From the NCBI GenBank assembly GCA_004764695.1, contig SMSO01000034.1, positions 4,712,001-4,776,000 of the forward strand: a stretch of 64,000 nucleotides of DNA, given 5' to 3'. Positions 58,746-64,000 of this stretch are shown here, one piece after another; the first letter of the stretch is position 1, and each line of letters starts with the position of its first letter. Position numbers and translations under genes: made by a program. This stretch comes from Schizochytrium sp. TIO01 (Eukaryota > Protista > Bigyra: Labyrinthulomycetes). Under the pieces are notes generated by a model that saw nothing but the letters and a program-made list of their open reading frames with translations, made no database searches and had not been told where the DNA came from.

Positions 58746-59435
58746 TTAGTTGGCCAGCTGAAGGCATGCTGCCTGAATATGACCCACGCGGTGGCAGTTG
58801 TTGCACTCCTTCTCACGGAACTTGCAGTCTGCCTTGAGGTGTTCCGAAGATCCACAGGCACGACAGGCCGGCGCCGTTTGTCTGCACATAGCCCGCATAT
58901 GGCCGGTTTGAAAGCAGTTGGAGCAGCGCTTGTCCTTGCTCGGGCAATCAGCTTTCTTGTGGTCTCCTCCGCACGCAAAGCATGCCTTCGGGCACTTTGC
59001 TCTCAGGTGACCTGTCTCGCCACAAACACGGCATTCCTTATCCTTGTGCGGACAATCTGCCTTGACATGTGCTCCTCCACAAGCCCTGCACGAGACACCG
59101 TTGTCTTGCGACTTGGGCTTGTTAGACGTAGCTTTACCAGCTCCAAGAGGTCCAGAAGCCTCACGACGAGTTTTACGAGCGCTTCCACGCTTGCTGGGGC
59201 CTGAAGCCACGCCACTTGTGGCTTTCTTCTGCGACGGAACTTGAGCTTGAGGCTTCTTTTGGGAAGGTTTCTGTTTCTGCGAGGCAGTCTGCTTCTGCGG
59301 AGTCTTGGAAGACTTCTGGGCCTCGCGAGATTGTTGTTGCTGCTGCTTCTTCGCAGCAAGCTCTTTCTTTTCCTCGTCACGACGGAGCTTAGCAAGCTCG
59401 TCAAGAGACATGTCCAGTTTGGAGGCGAGCGACAT
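58746..59435 (-). CDS. Zinc-knuckle (6x CCHC) nucleic-acid-binding protein with N-terminal ALY/REF-type UAP56-binding motif
   Basis: N-terminus SKLDMSLDELAK; Lys/Gln-rich linker; six CX2CX3-4HX4C knuckles. Confidence 0.85.
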   Translation of the reverse strand: MSLASKLDMSLDELAKLRRDEEKKELAAKKQQQQQSREAQKSSKTPQKQTASQKQKPSQKKPQAQVPSQKKATSGVASGPSKRGSARKTRREASGPLGAGKATSNKPKSQDNGVSCRACGGAHVKADCPHKDKECRVCGETGHLRAKCPKACFACGGDHKKADCPSKDKRCSNCFQTGHMRAMCRQTAPACRACGSSEHLKADCKFREKECNNCHRVGHIQAACLQLAN

Positions 59436-60432
59436 GATTGTTAGCGGGAAGGAGAAACCTGCGTGAATTCAGGAAGGAAATATCAATGACAATGAACGTG
59501 CAAACGCAACGAAGCTGCTTATCGCAAAAACGGCACCTGCGGAGAGTGGCAACTATCCTGGAAAGCGCTCTGCCGATTCAAATATATGGGTGGGCAGCAC
59601 CAGTTCCAAAATGGCCTAACTGTTCATAAATAGTCCCCTTTGGTTCCGCGGAACAGGCCAAGAATGCATTACTGGTCTTTTATCAATTAACGCAATGTAG
59701 GAAAACGCGTTTATATTCAGTTGCGTCAAGGCTCGAGGAATTCACATCTTTGAACAATTTAAATGTATATAGTATGACCAGCGGCAATTGCTAGAGCAAA
59801 GATATAGAAATGATGCCACATAAGGAACCTCGAGCTTCAATTCGATACTCATTGCTTTTTGCTATTTTGTCTGAGATTTTCTTGAGAGCGTAGGGAGGCC
59901 ACGTTGTTCAAGCTTTCGTTTATGTTTATTTTACTCAAGGACAGCTACTCTGCAATAAGCATATAGGCAAAACTCGGTGTTGACTAAAAAAATATGAGGC
60001 ATAACCGGTGACAATGACATCTTCAGACGCGTATTTCGAGACAAGATAGTACTGAGGAACCATGATTTAGCGTTTTCGGCTCATGTGGTGTACAACAAAA
60101 CCTTGTCTCTAGCTTCACCTTTTCTGCTATCTTGCGTGAGACTTTTCTGGCAACATCATCCTGGCTGCATTGGATTATATGATGTGCTTGAAGAGTTCAG
60201 AGTGATAGTGATTTCGGAAACAAGGCCACTGTTGAATCGCAAAATTAAAAATAGAGTTCAAACATTTAAAAAACAAAACAATATAGAGCAGGGCAAAGAA
60301 GTGCTTGTATGGGCAAAAATTAGAAATCAGGAGAGATGAGCACTTTTGAAAGGCTGTGGGCCAAAATATAATCAAACAAAAAGCAACCTTGCACAAGAAG
60401 TAGTAGGCCTAGTGAAGAAAGAGAAGAAAAGG

Positions 60433-62802
60433 TTAAAGAGCTGGTAGCACATTATCAACCGATCTCCGGCGGAGTGAGCGCCTTTTAAGCTTTGCATGGA
60501 CCTCTTCGGAAGCGTGCTTTGCTGCGTTTTCAGGAAAGCTCAGAGCAATGCCTTGACCTCGCCGCCAGAAATAGGATCTCATATCGGTGAGGGCTCCAAG
60601 AAGCTCAGTGCGGTTTTGGGCTGCTACAACTTTGGGTGGAACCATTCCATTGGGCTCGACACATGTGAGATAGGTGACACGAGTCATTAGCTCGTCGCTT
60701 CCAACGCACTCACTATCACGGCTGTCGTAGAGCGGTTCTAAAAGGTATCCTCGAATGACGATTGTAGCGCGCACGACGTTGGGTTTAGGTGGGACGTCCT
60801 TAAATTCTGTTGATTTCTCTACGACTAGATAAGTGTCCTCATCAACCTCCTGCCAAAAGCTGTCATATATGAAGTCACGATCATTAAGGCCTTGAGGGTA
60901 ATGTACTCGTTGATACATGGTACGGTGGCGATCTGAGTATTCTTTCAATGTATGCTCCTCGGCTATAGAACCAACCTTTGCATCCTCGGTGTGATGAGCA
61001 ATATAGTCAAGAATATCGGTTGCAGAGGCCTGAATGACAAAAGAAATTCGTTGGGCTTCAGCTTCGATCGTTGGCATTGGGGTAAGGGTCTGGTGCCTTT
61101 TCATCGTTCCTGTAAGTGTAGCACGTTTCTGCATAATAGCAGGAGCACGGACACCAGCATGAAGATGGATATTCGAACCCTTTGTGATCCCTTCCATTTC
61201 GACTTGCGGGCATTTGGAAAGTTGCACATTGGCATATGCGCGACCTTGATTCTCAACACGAATCTTCTCCTTCCAAGACTCAGAATTATACCGATGATAC
61301 TCGCCTGAATCAAATAGCACATGGATTTTGCCTTCTTCGGCATCAAAGCGCTTCACTGTACCAAGGCCGCGTTCAGGATGACGCACGCGAGTACCTACCT
61401 CGACAGCTGCAGATAACTCATGTGTTACTTCATCAGGAGTATAGACATGTTCCTCACCGCTGTCGTATTGAACATGTACTCTACCCATGAGATCAAACAT
61501 TTTGATAATGCCATGTCCAAATTGGCGATTTGTTACATGGGTACCTGGCTGAAGCCGCTCTTCGCCAACTTGAACAGCCTCGACACCCTGGAAACCAAAT
61601 TCGCCATTGCGAGCACTAAGCAGGCGATAAAGCTGTTCTGCCCAAATCGACTTGGGGTCGTCAAAATAGCGGCGTGCACTTTCAACTTGCGTGAGAACGC
61701 GGCTGCCTCCCAAAGTAATTTCAAGCTTGGCGTCGGGAGTCAACTTCGCCTGTGAAGACATCCTCTTGCTGGCGCGGGTTCGTGCTCGAACGGATGACTC
61801 CAGTTTAGGGGCAAGGGCAAGTGAATTGGCTACGTTAGAGGCATTCTCTGACTTTGAAGAAGGAAAGTCGTCTTCACGATCTTCTGAATCTCCATCGATG
61901 TGTTGAGATATTCTTAGACTCGCTATACGAGGAGCCATAAGCGTATCAAACATTGTGAGAGACTGCTCGTCACTTGGTGTGAGCCGGGGATCCAAGCGGA
62001 TGACGAAAGTGACCCTTGTGAACTTGCGGTCTTCTACGGGTTCAAAGAGATACCCTAGCACATACGCCTTACCCTTTACAGTGGGACGTTGGGGGGCGGC
62101 TGGAGTAAAGGCTGCTAGGGACTTGGTCTGGGCAGCCGACCCACTGACGGAGCGAATGAGGGCAGATAGAGTGCCAGATAAAGGTCTCGAAAGAGATCGA
62201 ACAAAGCTTGTCGATTCTTCACTGACGGAGGTATCACTCATGACGGAATATTTTGACTTGGTGCTCTTGGGTCGAGACGAAATGCTTTTCTTTTTGGCAA
62301 TAGGCTGAATTGGTGCGGTGGGGTCGCCACTAGGGTCTTGTCGGCATAATACAACAAGCGAACCATCGTGACGCTGGTATGTATACTCGATGAGCGCGAA
62401 GTCTCGTGCGCAAAGAGGGGCCGGAAATTGCATAGTCCAAAGAAGTTTTGCTCTTGAGGGGGATTCCATGTCCAGAACCTTCATTTCGTCCATCTGAAAC
62501 ATGGTTGCAATGTTCTCGCCAACAACCTCTGGATCAATGGTCCTAGCGAGGGTATTGTACTCCGTACGATTCCGGATGAACCACGCGACAATATCCATCG
62601 GTGCTCGAAACACAGCCGATCCTCGCCAGTAATCTATGCTATAATCGGCATCCATTTTATAAGTTACCTTGGTACCCCGAGGTCCGTCTTGCGCGCGTGA
62701 CTTGTTATCCCACCCATAGTCCTCACGGCACAGATCTACAAACTCTTCAATGAACGCGAAGTCGTCACCTTCTGCAAGGGGAATACTACCTGAGCAGCCC
62801 AT
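60433..62802 (-). CDS. N-acylated double START-domain lipid-binding protein with two internal SH3/Tudor-like repeats
   Basis: MGCSGS start at ATG 62802. START motifs FPAPLCARDF / GYLFEP / TRVTFVIRLDP and YPQGLNDRDF / VVRATIVIRGYLLEP / TRVTYLTCVEPNGMVP. Repeats GTHVTNRQFGHG...VHVQYDSGEEH and GTRVRHPERGLG...IHVLFDSGEYH. Confidence 0.85.
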   Translation of the reverse strand: MGCSGSIPLAEGDDFAFIEEFVDLCREDYGWDNKSRAQDGPRGTKVTYKMDADYSIDYWRGSAVFRAPMDIVAWFIRNRTEYNTLARTIDPEVVGENIATMFQMDEMKVLDMESPSRAKLLWTMQFPAPLCARDFALIEYTYQRHDGSLVVLCRQDPSGDPTAPIQPIAKKKSISSRPKSTKSKYSVMSDTSVSEESTSFVRSLSRPLSGTLSALIRSVSGSAAQTKSLAAFTPAAPQRPTVKGKAYVLGYLFEPVEDRKFTRVTFVIRLDPRLTPSDEQSLTMFDTLMAPRIASLRISQHIDGDSEDREDDFPSSKSENASNVANSLALAPKLESSVRARTRASKRMSSQAKLTPDAKLEITLGGSRVLTQVESARRYFDDPKSIWAEQLYRLLSARNGEFGFQGVEAVQVGEERLQPGTHVTNRQFGHGIIKMFDLMGRVHVQYDSGEEHVYTPDEVTHELSAAVEVGTRVRHPERGLGTVKRFDAEEGKIHVLFDSGEYHRYNSESWKEKIRVENQGRAYANVQLSKCPQVEMEGITKGSNIHLHAGVRAPAIMQKRATLTGTMKRHQTLTPMPTIEAEAQRISFVIQASATDILDYIAHHTEDAKVGSIAEEHTLKEYSDRHRTMYQRVHYPQGLNDRDFIYDSFWQEVDEDTYLVVEKSTEFKDVPPKPNVVRATIVIRGYLLEPLYDSRDSECVGSDELMTRVTYLTCVEPNGMVPPKVVAAQNRTELLGALTDMRSYFWRRGQGIALSFPENAAKHASEEVHAKLKRRSLRRRSVDNVLPAL

Positions 62803-62821
62803 TTCTCCTGCTGCTGAGGAC

Positions 62822-63557
62822 CTGCAAAGATTGCCAGGTCCTTGGGCAGAAGGAACCCACGTTCTTTGCCTGCGCTTCGATGGTATTTGCTCCCAAAGCA
62901 ACAACAAGCCTTCTTCTGCACGTGTTCCCCTCGCTGATTACGTTTCTCAGCTCTTTTTTTAATTATAATTTAATTTAAACTTTGTTTTTATTCCAAAGTA
63001 GTACATACGGACTTCGCAATTATTAGGTAAACTGATAGTGTCCCCCTACAAGAAAAAAAGCTATTCTCATTTGAGTAGTAGGTACCTATTGTCAGTTAGC
63101 TGTGCTTACACGTTTTTTAGATAACCATCCATGGAATCATAGTAATAGTAGTAATATGAATAACTATTATTTATTATAATTTGTTTTTAGAAAGTAAAAA
63201 AGAGGTGACCTGCTGAATGGATGCAAAAAAGAATAGAAAAAGAAACTCTTCCTCCTTTCGAATGTTTGCAACTAACTGCCTACCTACCTACCTACCTAAC
63301 ACACACCTGAACAAAAACTTAGCTATCGCTCGCCCCCTTCCCGTCTCCAAGTACCTCCCTACTTACGTTCTTAATGCCATGCCATGCCGGCCGCCTTGGT
63401 GTCCAATGAAGCAGTCATAATCCAACTTCGTTATCATCATCGATTTGCCCAGTCTACAATAATTACTGAAAAACAGAAATAATAGTTCTATTTATTAAAC
63501 AACGACGAAGTAAAACTTCTGCTAGGAGTACCTACTGATGGCCACTAGGCCCCCTAC
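62822..63557 (-). other. Probable 5'-UTR intron of the START gene
   Basis: On the minus strand, a GC-rich block (~63560-63830) ends in GAG/GTAGG; an AT-rich tract follows, then TCTTTGCAG about 20 nt before the ATG. Confidence 0.4.
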
Positions 63558-64000
63558 CTCAGTTTTTTTGGCCAGCACGTGAATTCTCTCTGCACGGCTT
63601 CATACAAGTTGAGGAGGGCCGTCAATGCGCCTCTTGATTTCGTCCTTCGGCGTCGAGTTCGACTTCGTGGCCGGAGGGACTCTTGGGTCGAGGCATCTGG
63701 TGAAGCGGCGAAGATGGAGTCGGGGTGGTCATCAAGCTGCCACGGGGGGGTAATGATTGCGATACCCGGGTGGGTGGGCTGTGTGAGTGAGTGAACAAAG
63801 TATCGGCGGGCACTGTTCTTTCCACTTTTGTCTTTTCTGGGAAGCAAACAGTGACTTTAAAATAATAATAAATATATACATTTTTTTTTTTATATATAAT
63901 TCAAGATTCATAATTTGTGCTAGAGCAGAAGATATTGGAGAAGCAGATGGGTGAATACCTACCTAGGTACCTTCGAAGGTGCTTACTTCTACCATGTCTA

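Noticed and set aside
58746-59435. Retrotransposon call based on the Gag-like knuckles
   Set aside because: No capsid, protease, RT, integrase, LTRs or target-site duplication; it looks like a host gene.

Overview
Eukaryotic nuclear DNA with intron-poor, GC-richer coding regions and long AT-rich intergenic tracts. The gene content and style suggest a heterotrophic protist, possibly a stramenopile such as a thraustochytrid; this is inference, not a test. About 18 protein genes are supportable: a nucleotide-sugar transporter, MCM4, four paralogous small Cys-rich membrane proteins (2, 1, 0 and 0 introns; one is missed by the ORF track), a mitochondrial quinone oxidoreductase, a thioredoxin-fold protein, an acylated MYND-finger protein, GDT1/TMEM165, UDP-sugar pyrophosphorylase, a PHD+RAMA chromatin protein, a GOLD/UMP-CMP kinase/AKR7 triple fusion, a WW-motor-MyTH4 myosin, a NUDT5-like Nudix hydrolase, a prokaryote-type OPT transporter, an ALY-type UBM plus six-zinc-knuckle protein, and an acylated double-START protein. 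I found no rRNA, tRNA, CRISPR array or intact mobile element. The most interesting items are the small Cys-rich gene family with discordant introns, the PHD-RAMA putative modified-DNA/histone reader, the triple fusion (possibly part of a Golgi nucleotide-sugar theme) and the UBM-knuckle protein. All family assignments come from motif recognition by eye, without database searches.
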